Shown piece by piece: positions 1 to 8,674 of a DNA stretch of 34,648 bases. How positions within the stretch are numbered: the stretch's first letter is position 1; each line of letters begins with the position of its first letter. The DNA is taken from the IMG/VR virus record IMGVR_UViG_3300025296_000873, positions 1 to 34,648 of that record; one strand, given 5' to 3'. The notes beneath the pieces were generated by a model. The model saw nothing but the letters and a program-made list of their open reading frames with translations. It was not told the DNA's origin and searched no databases. The DNA is from a virus. Taxonomy: Duplodnaviria; Caudoviricetes. The position numbers were made by a program, and so were the translations under genes.

Positions 1-2
1 TC

Positions 3-353
3 TCCACCTGCTGTGTAACGCTAGGATGCACGACACTAAAGAAAGCAGGGATTACCTCGATAGCGGCGGGGGGCGGTGCGCTTGTGGGGACTGTATTGAG
101 TTCGGGTGCGATTGCGCCGATACTGGGAGCCACGACAACTGCCTTTGTGGCAGATGTGGTGACGGAAGCGATACCGATTGGAGCGAAAGAAAAGGAAACT
201 ATGAATAGTTGCGCTCCTGATAACTTCTGGAGTCTGTTAGGCTCCTTGATAGAAATGGGCGGTTGGGCCTTAATCCTGATAGTGGTGGTTCCCATGCTTT
301 TTTCATGGTTAATGCCGGGGCCAATTCAATTCAAAGGTAAAAAGAATAAATGA
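3..353 (+). CDS. Membrane protein, probable lipoprotein (5'-truncated)
   Basis: Frame is open from nt 3, upstream of the track's GTG at 84: STCCVTLGCTTLKKAGITSIAAGGGALVG... Has a lipobox-like LGC, a Gly-zipper-like hydrophobic stretch, and a C-terminal TM helix followed by a basic tail (KGKKNK). Stop overlaps the next ATG (ATGA). Confidence 0.6.
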   Translation, partial: STCCVTLGCTTLKKAGITSIAAGGGALVGTVLSSGAIAPILGATTTAFVADVVTEAIPIGAKEKETMNSCAPDNFWSLLGSLIEMGGWALILIVVVPMLFSWLMPGPIQFKGKKNK

Positions 354-1204
354 TAGAAGTTTTACATATGGGAGTGGCTTCAGAGCCACCTTCTGTATCT
401 GTTGGTAAAAGAGACCCAATTCCAGAGATAATCTGTGGTGTTAATGAAGACAAAGAAAAAATAAGAGACAACATTAGAAAAAATATTCAACTAGGACTTC
501 CTCAAGTTCAACCTTACGAAACCCAGTGGGATAAAGTAGTAGGGTTGGCTTTAGGTGGGCCTACATTAAAGGAAACTTTTCCTGATTTATTAGAGAAGCG
601 TCAAAATGGGATGCCAGTAATTACTATTAATGGTTCCCACAGGTATTGTATAACTGGTGGTTTGACTCCTTCAGCAATGATAATGCTTGATAGCAGAGAA
701 TTTAATAATAGGTTTGTTTATCCGTTAGTTGAAGATTGTAAATATTTTATTTCATCTCAGTGTCATCCTTCTGTATTTGAAAATCTTAAGGATAACAAGG
801 TATGGATATGGCATTGCGCTGGAGATGACAATTTTGATCTTTTAAAAGAGGTTTACGGGGAAGAATATTACCCGATAATGGGTGGTGCTACAGTTGCATT
901 GAGGGCTGTTCATTTGTTGAGAATGTTAGGATTTCATAAGTTTGAAATGTATGGATTCGATAGTTGTATTATGGGAGAACATCATGCTTATGAACAACCT
1001 GAAAATGATGGAGAAGAAGTTTTAGATGTTGTGGTATCTGCAAAAGAATTCAGATGCACTGCCGCTCATTACCATCAAGCAAAAGAGTTCGTTGATATGA
1101 TTTCTAAAACTGGCGAACATTATGATCTGGCTGTTCATGGAGATGGCCTTATCTCACATATTATTAAAAATCCAGATTCATTAAAAATTAAGGAGGTAGT
1201 ATAA
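350..1204 (+). CDS. DUF115 / Maf_flag10 (MptE-like) family protein, putative glycosyltransferase
   Basis: 284 aa with family-type motifs LALGGPTL, VITING, MIMLDSR, SSQCHPSVF and GGATV..RAVHLLRMLGF..FEMYGFDSC. Confidence 0.75.
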   Translation: MIEVLHMGVASEPPSVSVGKRDPIPEIICGVNEDKEKIRDNIRKNIQLGLPQVQPYETQWDKVVGLALGGPTLKETFPDLLEKRQNGMPVITINGSHRYCITGGLTPSAMIMLDSREFNNRFVYPLVEDCKYFISSQCHPSVFENLKDNKVWIWHCAGDDNFDLLKEVYGEEYYPIMGGATVALRAVHLLRMLGFHKFEMYGFDSCIMGEHHAYEQPENDGEEVLDVVVSAKEFRCTAAHYHQAKEFVDMISKTGEHYDLAVHGDGLISHIIKNPDSLKIKEVV

Positions 1205-1205
1205 A

Positions 1206-1649
1206 ATGGCGGCTACTGCTTGGAGTTTTTACAATTCCTTTAGGGAATATATAGGCAATGGTCAGTTTGATCTAGATGGTACAAGTGTTGGTTTTTATAT
1301 GGCATTACATACTAGTGCGGCAAGCGCTAATATAAATACAAAAACTTTATCAACGCAAGCATCACTTGCTAATGAAGTTGGTAGTGGTAATGGTTACACT
1401 ACTGGTGGCGCTTCTGTTACATCGCGCACATGGGCTTCTGTTGCAACAGACAAGTATCGTTTCGATTCAACTGCTGTTGTATGGACTGCTACTGGCGGAA
1501 CAATTGCGAATATTAAGTACGCAGTTGTTTATCAGTCCGGTGGTAAATTAGTATGCTTTTCTAAATTGACTACATCTCAGTTTACTTTAGCAGAAGATAA
1601 TACGCTTACTGTCACACCAAGTGCCAGTGGCATATTTGAACTAGCATAG
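1206..1649 (+). CDS. Virion structural protein, fibre-associated beta-rich subunit
   Basis: 147 aa, Thr/Ser/Ala-rich, with the ANEV.SGNGYTTGG and WTATGGTI patterns common in phage fibre-associated proteins. AGGAGG SD upstream. Confidence 0.65.
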   Translation: MAATAWSFYNSFREYIGNGQFDLDGTSVGFYMALHTSAASANINTKTLSTQASLANEVGSGNGYTTGGASVTSRTWASVATDKYRFDSTAVVWTATGGTIANIKYAVVYQSGGKLVCFSKLTTSQFTLAEDNTLTVTPSASGIFELA

Positions 1650-1659
1650 GGGGTGCATC

Positions 1660-2526
1660 ATGCCAGTAGAAACTGCTACATATATTAGCCAACTTTCGGC
1701 TACAAATCCTCTCGGCACAGACCCAATATCACAGGGTGACGATCAGATTCGTCTTGTCAAGGAAGTTCTTCAGGCTCAATTTACTAGCCTTGGGGCGGCG
1801 GCAGTTACAGCAACTGCGGCTGAAGTAAACTTAATTGACGGATATACTGGTACAACGGCGGAATTAAATACTCTTGATGTTACCACTCAAGGAACTTCAG
1901 AAGCATCCAAAGTATTGACAGCAGATGCAAGTGGAGATGTTACGATTGCGGATGGAGCGTATGATTTTAACGTTGCTTCACATGACGGGACAAATGGATT
2001 AAAACTTGCCGGGACATTAGTTACAGCAACTGCAACTGAGTTAAATTTAATAGATGGGTATACTGGTACAACTGTTGAATTGAACACCCTTGATGTTACC
2101 ACTCAAGGTACAGCAGAAGCATCAAAGGTTGTTACTTCCGATGGTTCATTGGTTACTAATTTTGCTGACGGCGTTGTTCAGAGACCAGAACTAAAGGATT
2201 ATGCTGAAACAAAAACTGCACTAAGTGCGGCGGCTACTGTTGATATTGATCTAACAACAGGTAATGTATTTACTATTACCCCAGATCAAAATACTACTTT
2301 TACTTTTAGTAATCCATCTGCTACTGGTAAATCTTGCGCCTTTACTCTAGTTTGGACTCAGGACAGTTCAGATAGAACTATTGCGTGGCCCGGTACTGTT
2401 GATTGGGCTGGTGGTTCTGCCCCTGATGTAACTAGTGGTTCAGGAAAAATTGATATTTACACCTTCTTTACGCTAGATGCGGGAACAATTTGGTACGGCT
2501 TTCAAGCTGGTGCTGACATGGGTTAA
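1660..2526 (+). CDS. Tail fibre protein
   Basis: N-terminal anchor-type motif ETATYISQL..TNP...D..SQGDDQIRLVK, internal TATAAELN..DG shaft repeats, and a C-terminal IDLTTGNVF...IAWPGTVDWAGGSAP...WYG domain. Confidence 0.8.
   Translation: MPVETATYISQLSATNPLGTDPISQGDDQIRLVKEVLQAQFTSLGAAAVTATAAEVNLIDGYTGTTAELNTLDVTTQGTSEASKVLTADASGDVTIADGAYDFNVASHDGTNGLKLAGTLVTATATELNLIDGYTGTTVELNTLDVTTQGTAEASKVVTSDGSLVTNFADGVVQRPELKDYAETKTALSAAATVDIDLTTGNVFTITPDQNTTFTFSNPSATGKSCAFTLVWTQDSSDRTIAWPGTVDWAGGSAPDVTSGSGKIDIYTFFTLDAGTIWYGFQAGADMG
1804..2136 (+). repeat. Two ~39-aa direct repeats in the tail fibre, 216 nt apart
   Basis: VTATAAEVNLIDGYTGTTAELNTLDVTTQGTSEASKVLT (1804-1920) versus VTATATELNLIDGYTGTTVELNTLDVTTQGTAEASKVVT (2020-2136). 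Differences are mostly synonymous. Confidence 0.9.
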
Positions 2527-2537
2527 GGAGATATATT

Positions 2538-3674
2538 ATGCCAGTAGGAACAGAAAAAACTGCATTGCTTGGAGCCGCCGCAGGTGGTCTTTCTCAATAT
2601 TTCGGAGACGGGTCAGATGGTGCGTTAGATACAACTGGAGATGTTACCCATACGGTTCAGAATAAGAGTGGTAGTTACGATGGTGATATGGTAGTAATGC
2701 AATATACGTCACTGGATATAAATTCTGGTCACACGATGACAGTCGATCAACCATGTCGTGGAATGTTTATTTATGTTACAGGTAACTGCGAAATTGCGGG
2801 AACTTTACACATGGATTTGAAAGGTGGAAATTCTAATCCAACAACCTCTGGTGGTAATGATTCATCAGCCGTGAATGCGAATGGATTGCGACTTCCTATG
2901 CTTACTGCTTCCGGTTCTGATACATTAGCTACTGCTGATTTCGCTGGTTCAGGAGATGATATTGTGACTGCTGTTGCATTTCAAGCAGGAGTTTCTGGAA
3001 ACGGCACTATTTTTAAAGTAGCCCAAGAAGGTGGCTCAGGTGGCGGGGGCGGAGGAGCCTTTGGTCACAACTGGGCATGTGGTAACGGAAGCGCAGGAAC
3101 TGCTGGGGCTACAAGTGCGGCCACCATTTCTTCAGGCGGAGGTGGAGGAGCAAGTGCATTGTCAAATAGCGCAAAGAACTCGACTGGTGGCGCTGGTGGA
3201 ACTGGAGGGGCTTTTTCTGGAGGCTCTGGCGGCGCTGGTAATGATGCTGGAACGGGCAACGCGGGTGGAAGTTATGGAGGTGCTGGAGGAAATGGGTCTT
3301 GCCCTAATTGTCATAATGGCAACAGTGCTGGTGGGGCGGGAAACCCCGGTGGTAATAGTTGTGGAGGAGGAAACTGCTCTATAGCTTTTGGCGCTTCTGG
3401 AGTTGGTGGTCTTATCTGGTTAGTAGTAGGTGGCGATCTCATTATAACAGGCACTATATCTGCTGATGGAGGCCCCGGACGGGGCGCACACCGAGCAAGT
3501 GGTGGTTCAGGAGCAGGAGCCATAATGATTCTTTATGCCGGAACATTAAGCAATAGCGGAAGCGTTGCGGCTAGTGGAGGTAGCGGTGGTGGTGGTGGAG
3601 TAGGAGAGTGCCCAAATTCCGCAGGCGCTGGCGGTGCTGGTGGCGTACATCTTGCTCAGGTTTCAGCCGCATAA
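2538..3674 (+). CDS. Glycine-rich tail fibre tip / receptor-binding protein
   Basis: 378 aa. FGDGSDGAL N-terminal motif, many GGxGG runs, GGLIWLVVGG and GSGAGAIMILY strands typical of polyglycine-rich adhesins. AAGGAG SD. Confidence 0.75.
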   Translation: MPVGTEKTALLGAAAGGLSQYFGDGSDGALDTTGDVTHTVQNKSGSYDGDMVVMQYTSLDINSGHTMTVDQPCRGMFIYVTGNCEIAGTLHMDLKGGNSNPTTSGGNDSSAVNANGLRLPMLTASGSDTLATADFAGSGDDIVTAVAFQAGVSGNGTIFKVAQEGGSGGGGGGAFGHNWACGNGSAGTAGATSAATISSGGGGGASALSNSAKNSTGGAGGTGGAFSGGSGGAGNDAGTGNAGGSYGGAGGNGSCPNCHNGNSAGGAGNPGGNSCGGGNCSIAFGASGVGGLIWLVVGGDLIITGTISADGGPGRGAHRASGGSGAGAIMILYAGTLSNSGSVAASGGSGGGGGVGECPNSAGAGGAGGVHLAQVSAA

Positions 3675-3678
3675 AGTA

Positions 3679-3694
3679 TGCTATAATAGATAAA
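3679..3694 (+). promoter_or_regulatory. Extended -10 sigma70-type promoter (TGnTATAAT), probable leaderless transcript
   Basis: TG-C-TATAAT at 3679-3687 in a 19-nt intergenic gap. The ATG at 3694 is 7 nt downstream and has no SD. Confidence 0.6.
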
Positions 3695-4290
3695 TGTTCT
3701 CTATAGAAAAGTACACTGTAGTAAAAGGCGTGCTGTCTAATGATCTGCTGGCTTTTTGTCAGCAGTATTGCTCCTTTCAGGAAAGAAGGTATCCTAAATC
3801 TAATTTTGATAATCCAGATAATAAGGCTCACTGGGAATATGCTGATCCCTTTATGGAAACGTTGTTGGTAAAATTATTACCTACGTTTGAACAGCATACT
3901 GAATTAGAATTAATTCCTGCATATTCTTATCATAGAATTTATAAATCAGGGGATGCAATGGCCCCGCATAAAGATAGAGCGCCATGTGAAATAACTTGTA
4001 GCATACATTTGGGGCATGATTATAAAGGCATGCCAGATAATTATGAATGGTATTTATGGATTGAAAATAAGGAAAGGAACGATATTCCAGTTCCTTTAAA
4101 TGCTGGGGATGCAGTTATATATAGAGGTATGGAGGTTTATCATAAGAGAGAATTATTTGCTGTTCCTCATGACGCTTGGCATTTGCAAGTTTTCTTGTCT
4201 TATGTAGTAAAGGGAGGTGAAATGGATCACCTACAATATGACAAAAGAAGCGGGTTAGGATACAAGGGCGCGTATCATCCAGTTAGATGA
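3694..4290 (+). CDS. 2OG-Fe(II) oxygenase
   Basis: YSYHRIYKSGD...PHKDR.PCEI (HxD), GDAVIYRG...YHKRE (distal His), LQVFLSYV. Confidence 0.85.
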   Translation: MFSIEKYTVVKGVLSNDLLAFCQQYCSFQERRYPKSNFDNPDNKAHWEYADPFMETLLVKLLPTFEQHTELELIPAYSYHRIYKSGDAMAPHKDRAPCEITCSIHLGHDYKGMPDNYEWYLWIENKERNDIPVPLNAGDAVIYRGMEVYHKRELFAVPHDAWHLQVFLSYVVKGGEMDHLQYDKRSGLGYKGAYHPVR

Positions 4291-4478
4291 AAATTTTTAA
4301 TAGCGATTGCAAGGGATGTGCGGAAAGAAGGGCTTTTATTAAACAGTTCTGGATAAGTTACTGGTGGCTTAAAGAGCCTATTGTATGGAAAGGCTGGTTG
4401 ATAAAAACTTATTTATGCTGGTCGATTTGTGTAGACATGTTAGCTATTATTATATTAGTTTGGTATTTTTTAAAATGA
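4287..4478 (+). CDS. Small membrane protein with CxxC
   Basis: 63 aa with CKGC, Trp-rich middle and hydrophobic C-terminal helix. ATGA overlaps on both sides. Confidence 0.6.
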   Translation: MKIFNSDCKGCAERRAFIKQFWISYWWLKEPIVWKGWLIKTYLCWSICVDMLAIIILVWYFLK

Positions 4479-5116
4479 AAAGCGGTGAGTTTGTATACAT
4501 AGAAGACGTTGCTCCTGATTTTTTATTTGAGCAACTACAGGAAGTATTTTATAATCCTTCTTATGATTTTGCATGGTATTGGAATGATAGCACAGTAGAC
4601 TATAGTAATGCGCTTGAAAATGACAGCACTAATAAAAGCCATATGTTTTCGCATATGTTTTTTATAGATGGATCGCCTGTTTCACCATACGCGCAATATA
4701 TAATGATGTTGTCGAGATGTTTAAGGAAGAGTGGGTTTGAACACGATAGTCTTTGGAGATCAAAGGCTAATCTTTATACGCCTAGTCCGGGATTTAATAA
4801 GGATGGTTATCATCATCCACATATAGATCATTACAATAAGTCAAATTTTGATAGTTGTACTTATTTTTTAAATGATTCAGACGGTGACTTTATCTTATTC
4901 AACCAAAACCAGAAAGACTTTGCTAAGACAGGTAAAGTAAGAGGTGAGTGGGGTGGTCTTCCTTCTTCAGATGACTTAACAGTTATGGAAAGAATAACTC
5001 CAAAGGCGAACACTGCTGTAATTTTTAATGGGTGGCAATATCATAGTTCCAATGTTCCTTTTGAAAATGCTAGAAGAATTACAATAAACTTTACAGGCGG
5101 TCATGAACTAGAATGA
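4475..5116 (+). CDS. 2OG-Fe(II) oxygenase
   Basis: Start re-assigned to ATG 4475 (ATGA overlap; track gives 4385). Motifs HPHID, YFLNDSDGD, PKANTAVIFNGWQYHSS, RRITINF. Confidence 0.85.
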   Translation: MKSGEFVYIEDVAPDFLFEQLQEVFYNPSYDFAWYWNDSTVDYSNALENDSTNKSHMFSHMFFIDGSPVSPYAQYIMMLSRCLRKSGFEHDSLWRSKANLYTPSPGFNKDGYHHPHIDHYNKSNFDSCTYFLNDSDGDFILFNQNQKDFAKTGKVRGEWGGLPSSDDLTVMERITPKANTAVIFNGWQYHSSNVPFENARRITINFTGGHELE

Positions 5117-5754
5117 ATTTTATGCATAGTTCTTTTATAGAGGATGTAACTCTAGCCGATAGAATCAAAATTTTCTTTGATGAGAATCCTGAAAATTTCT
5201 GGAAATTTTATGGCCTTGCAATGGATTCAAATGATCCGGATACGCCAACGGATGGAAAGAAAAGTACGGATATGAGAATTGATGATTTCAATTATCCGTT
5301 AATAAAGGAGTTGTGCGATCAGATTCAAATAGTATTAAACGAGTATATAGAAATTTATCCTTGGTGTAATAGGGGGTCTGCTTTTAGACTTGTTCCGTTT
5401 AATATACAAAAGTATAACCCCGGAGAAGGATTTTTAGAATGGCACGCTGAAAATATAACATTCCTACCTCCTGCTCTCTATAGGCATCTAGTGTTTCAGA
5501 TGTTTTGTGATGATATAGAAGAGGGTGGTGGTACTGAGTTTTATCATCAAGATACTATAATTAAATCAGAAAAAGGTAAGGTTGTTATATTTCCAGCACA
5601 ATGGATGTTTGCTCATAGGGGAATAGTTACAGACCAAGAGAAGACAATTGCTACGGGATGGTACGAGTTTTTTGACTACAACGATCCTACTAAAGACATC
5701 TCCGGGGCGTGGAAAACACAACCGCAATTTGAAGGCCCCATGTCTCAATCATGA
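5113..5754 (+). CDS. 2OG-Fe(II) oxygenase, prolyl-hydroxylase-like
   Basis: NIQKYNPGEGFLEWHAE (HxE), EEGGGTEF, GKVVIFPAQWMFAHRG, KTIATGW. Confidence 0.85.
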   Translation: MNFMHSSFIEDVTLADRIKIFFDENPENFWKFYGLAMDSNDPDTPTDGKKSTDMRIDDFNYPLIKELCDQIQIVLNEYIEIYPWCNRGSAFRLVPFNIQKYNPGEGFLEWHAENITFLPPALYRHLVFQMFCDDIEEGGGTEFYHQDTIIKSEKGKVVIFPAQWMFAHRGIVTDQEKTIATGWYEFFDYNDPTKDISGAWKTQPQFEGPMSQS

Positions 5755-5787
5755 TGGGTATCATAAGATAACATAGGAGGATAACTA

Positions 5788-6312
5788 ATGTTGTATGCTA
5801 AAATCGTGGGGGATACTGTTGAGCAGTATCCATATGGAATAGACCACTTAAAGGCAGATAATCCACAAGTTGGATTTCCGGTAGGATTCTTAGGGAATCC
5901 GTCTGCGTCTGAGTATAATGTCTTTCCAGTATCTGAGATAGAAAAACCAGTTAAGGCTGGTTATAGGTATGAACAAGGTTCTGTAGAATCTGATGGCTCT
6001 GGAGGCTGGAGACAGTCTTGGGTGGAAGTAGCCAAAACTAAAGAGGAATTAGCAGATTCTGATATAACCCCAGTACCTATGCCCTCAATAGAGGAAAGGA
6101 AAAATATTGGAACTACCATGACTGAAGGTGATCCAGCGTGGGATGGAGAAAAATGGGTTCAAACATGGGTAGAAGGGCCAGTATCGTATATTTCACAAAG
6201 ACTTGCTGACTATGGTGAAGCTGAAGTTCAGATAGAGTTTATAACAGAAAATGGGCTGGAAGCATGGCAAGCAAAGGTGGCGGAGATAAAGGCTAAGTAT
6301 CCCAAGTCGTAG
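5788..6312 (+). CDS. Putative tail fibre assembly/chaperone-like protein
   Basis: 174 aa. EQYPY...LKADNPQVGFP N-terminus, two WxQxWVE units and IKAKYPK end, patterns typical of fibre-linked genes. Strong AGGAGG SD. Confidence 0.55.
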   Translation: MLYAKIVGDTVEQYPYGIDHLKADNPQVGFPVGFLGNPSASEYNVFPVSEIEKPVKAGYRYEQGSVESDGSGGWRQSWVEVAKTKEELADSDITPVPMPSIEERKNIGTTMTEGDPAWDGEKWVQTWVEGPVSYISQRLADYGEAEVQIEFITENGLEAWQAKVAEIKAKYPKS

Positions 6313-6945
6313 ATGATCACGGTAGTTTCATTCAAAAGTCCTCCAAGAGAGACACCATTTGCTCCAGAATGGTTTCATCAGTTTGCTTATGACCAAATTT
6401 ATAATATAGATTTTAAAAAAATATCTGCTACCATATTGGATAAAGAAAAGCAGATTTTAAATAAGTTTCCTCCTGTTGATAAAGTAGCTTCAGACGGGTA
6501 TACAGGGTTAGGTAATAATAGTTTAACCTCTCGTTATAGTTATTACAATTTATTTGATTGGGCTGATGAAGAAATACAGAAGTTAAAGACGGAGGTTTGG
6601 GATTTCCATAAGCGATTTTTAGAGTCATTGGATGTTGTATATGATCATCCTTTGGTTTTAAAGGGATGGGCTAATGTAATGAGAAAGGGAGAGAGGATTA
6701 AATCTCATATTCATATGGTCACTCCCCAATCATATTTAACAGGGCATATAACGGTTCAGGCAGAAGGAACCTCTACTTATTATATAAACCCAGTAAATCA
6801 AATAAATGATCCAGAGGTTAGGGAAGTAAAAAATATCTCTGGAAGAATAAGTTTATTGCCAGCGTATATTCCTCATTATACGGATACGCATAAAGCAGAG
6901 AAGGAAAGAATCTCAATTGGTATTGATGTTATTCCAAAAGAATGA
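6313..6945 (+). CDS. Putative 2OG-Fe(II) oxygenase (2OG-FeII_Oxy_5-like)
   Basis: GWANVMRKGE.IKSHIH (HxH), LLPAYIPHYT, RISIGID. Confidence 0.8.
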   Translation: MITVVSFKSPPRETPFAPEWFHQFAYDQIYNIDFKKISATILDKEKQILNKFPPVDKVASDGYTGLGNNSLTSRYSYYNLFDWADEEIQKLKTEVWDFHKRFLESLDVVYDHPLVLKGWANVMRKGERIKSHIHMVTPQSYLTGHITVQAEGTSTYYINPVNQINDPEVREVKNISGRISLLPAYIPHYTDTHKAEKERISIGIDVIPKE

Positions 6946-8051
6946 AAGTAACTATTTTAGGTAAGGGTTTAGCTGGTGTATTTACGGCTCAACACTTCAA
7001 ATATTATAATCCGCAGTTAGATGTGGAAATAATATATGATCCAAATATTGATCCAGTACCAATTGGTCAGGCAACGCTTACAGAAACTCCTTCTTTCTTA
7101 TGGCGTTTCTTTAAAATGGATTGGTATAACAATCCATTAGGAGCAACACCAAAGACAGGAATCCTATATGAGAACTGGGGTTCATTGAAAGATAAATTCT
7201 TTCACCCATTTCCAATGAGTGCTACTGCTATGCATTATGATACAACAAAGGTGCAAGATTATATTCTTGAGCATGGTGACTTTACCATAACAGAAAAGCA
7301 TGTAACTGGTTATGATGAGGTAGATGCAGATTACATTATTGATGCGCGGGGTTTCCCTAAAGATTTTAATAAGTATGATCATTTAGTAAATCCTCTTAAT
7401 ACTGCTATATTAGCAATAAAGGAAGGTCGCGATATTCCGGAGCAACTTTGGAGTGGGCACGTTGCTACACCAGATGGTTGGACATTTGTCATACCTCTAA
7501 AGGGTAGAACCTCTTATGGGTATTTATGTAATAAAGATTTTGCTAATATGGGTGAGGCAAAGAATACTTTTTGTGAGATGTTTAATTTAGATGATGGCGA
7601 TATCTACAAGACAATGAGTTTTAAAAATTATATTGCTAGAGAGCCTATTGTTGATGATAGAGTAGCATTACAAGGCAACAAGTTGTTTTTTATTGAGCCT
7701 TTAGAATCTTCATCAATTGCATTGTATCATAGATGGTCTAAACTTTTATTCTCTTGGATGGTGTTAAAAGACGCACAAAAGACTGACGTAATAGATTCTT
7801 TTAGAAAACACGTTATCGAAGTTCAAAACTTTATATTGTATCATTATCAATTTGGAAGTAAGTGGGATACAGAATTTTGGCATTATGCAAAATCAATATC
7901 AGACTTTATCAATGATGATCCTGAATGGATTGCTTTTAAACAATACTCTATTAATTCTAAAGACTATGAAGATGAGAATGTTTATGGATTACATCATCCA
8001 TTTAGTATTCGGAATTGTTATGAGGGTATGGAGGCTCCCTTAATTAGTTAA
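6942..8051 (+). CDS. Flavin-dependent halogenase, tryptophan halogenase (PrnA)-like
   Basis: GKGLAG FAD motif, IGQAT, ATPKTGILYENW with the catalytic-Lys pattern, FFHPF, GWTFVIPL (WxWxIP variant), FIEPLES, DTEFW. Confidence 0.85.
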   Translation: MKVTILGKGLAGVFTAQHFKYYNPQLDVEIIYDPNIDPVPIGQATLTETPSFLWRFFKMDWYNNPLGATPKTGILYENWGSLKDKFFHPFPMSATAMHYDTTKVQDYILEHGDFTITEKHVTGYDEVDADYIIDARGFPKDFNKYDHLVNPLNTAILAIKEGRDIPEQLWSGHVATPDGWTFVIPLKGRTSYGYLCNKDFANMGEAKNTFCEMFNLDDGDIYKTMSFKNYIAREPIVDDRVALQGNKLFFIEPLESSSIALYHRWSKLLFSWMVLKDAQKTDVIDSFRKHVIEVQNFILYHYQFGSKWDTEFWHYAKSISDFINDDPEWIAFKQYSINSKDYEDENVYGLHHPFSIRNCYEGMEAPLIS

Positions 8052-8674
8052 TGGAGATTGTCCAGAATAGGTTAAAGGACTTTGGTTATTTGTGCATAAC
8101 TAACCTGTATACAGAAAAAGAATTAATCTTTATCAAGAATGAGATAAGGAATCTAAACTATATTCTGGACTCTGTTCCAGATATACAGGTGGAAAGATAC
8201 AACACATCTGATAAGAATGACGATGGCTCTCCAAAGATGTCTGGTAATGGTATATACATAGATAGTCTTTACTTTAGGCGAGATTGTTCTGCTATTCTTT
8301 CTTCTAATAGAAAGATATTTCGTGATCCTATAATGACTAAAATGATGGAAACTCATCCATCAAATGTGGCCTTTAATAGAATAACTACGGATCATTCATT
8401 GCTTAACAGGTATTCTTACGGGGATGAGTATTCAACCCATTTTGATATTTCTAGTTTTTCTGCCATAACATTCTTTAATCTTAACAGTAATGAAATTTTG
8501 GGGGGCGAGTTAGTTTTCGCAGACTATGATATATCGTTTAAGTTTAAGGATAATTTCTGTGTTATTTTCCCATCTTGGGTGGAGCATCATTCAAATAAAG
8601 TTAAATCTAAAAATACTTACAGGTATTCGTTATCGCAATTCGGGGTAATTGGGTACGATAGGACTGGTAATTGA
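8051..8674 (+). CDS. 2OG-Fe(II) oxygenase
   Basis: YSTHFD (HxD), GGELVF, VIFPSWVEHH, YRYSLSQF. TAATG overlap. Confidence 0.85.
   Translation: MEIVQNRLKDFGYLCITNLYTEKELIFIKNEIRNLNYILDSVPDIQVERYNTSDKNDDGSPKMSGNGIYIDSLYFRRDCSAILSSNRKIFRDPIMTKMMETHPSNVAFNRITTDHSLLNRYSYGDEYSTHFDISSFSAITFFNLNSNEILGGELVFADYDISFKFKDNFCVIFPSWVEHHSNKVKSKNTYRYSLSQFGVIGYDRTGN

Noticed and set aside
1804-2136. Fibre repeats as a diversity-generating retroelement TR/VR pair
   Set aside because: Both copies are in frame in one gene, mismatches are mostly synonymous and not adenine-specific, and no reverse transcriptase is present.
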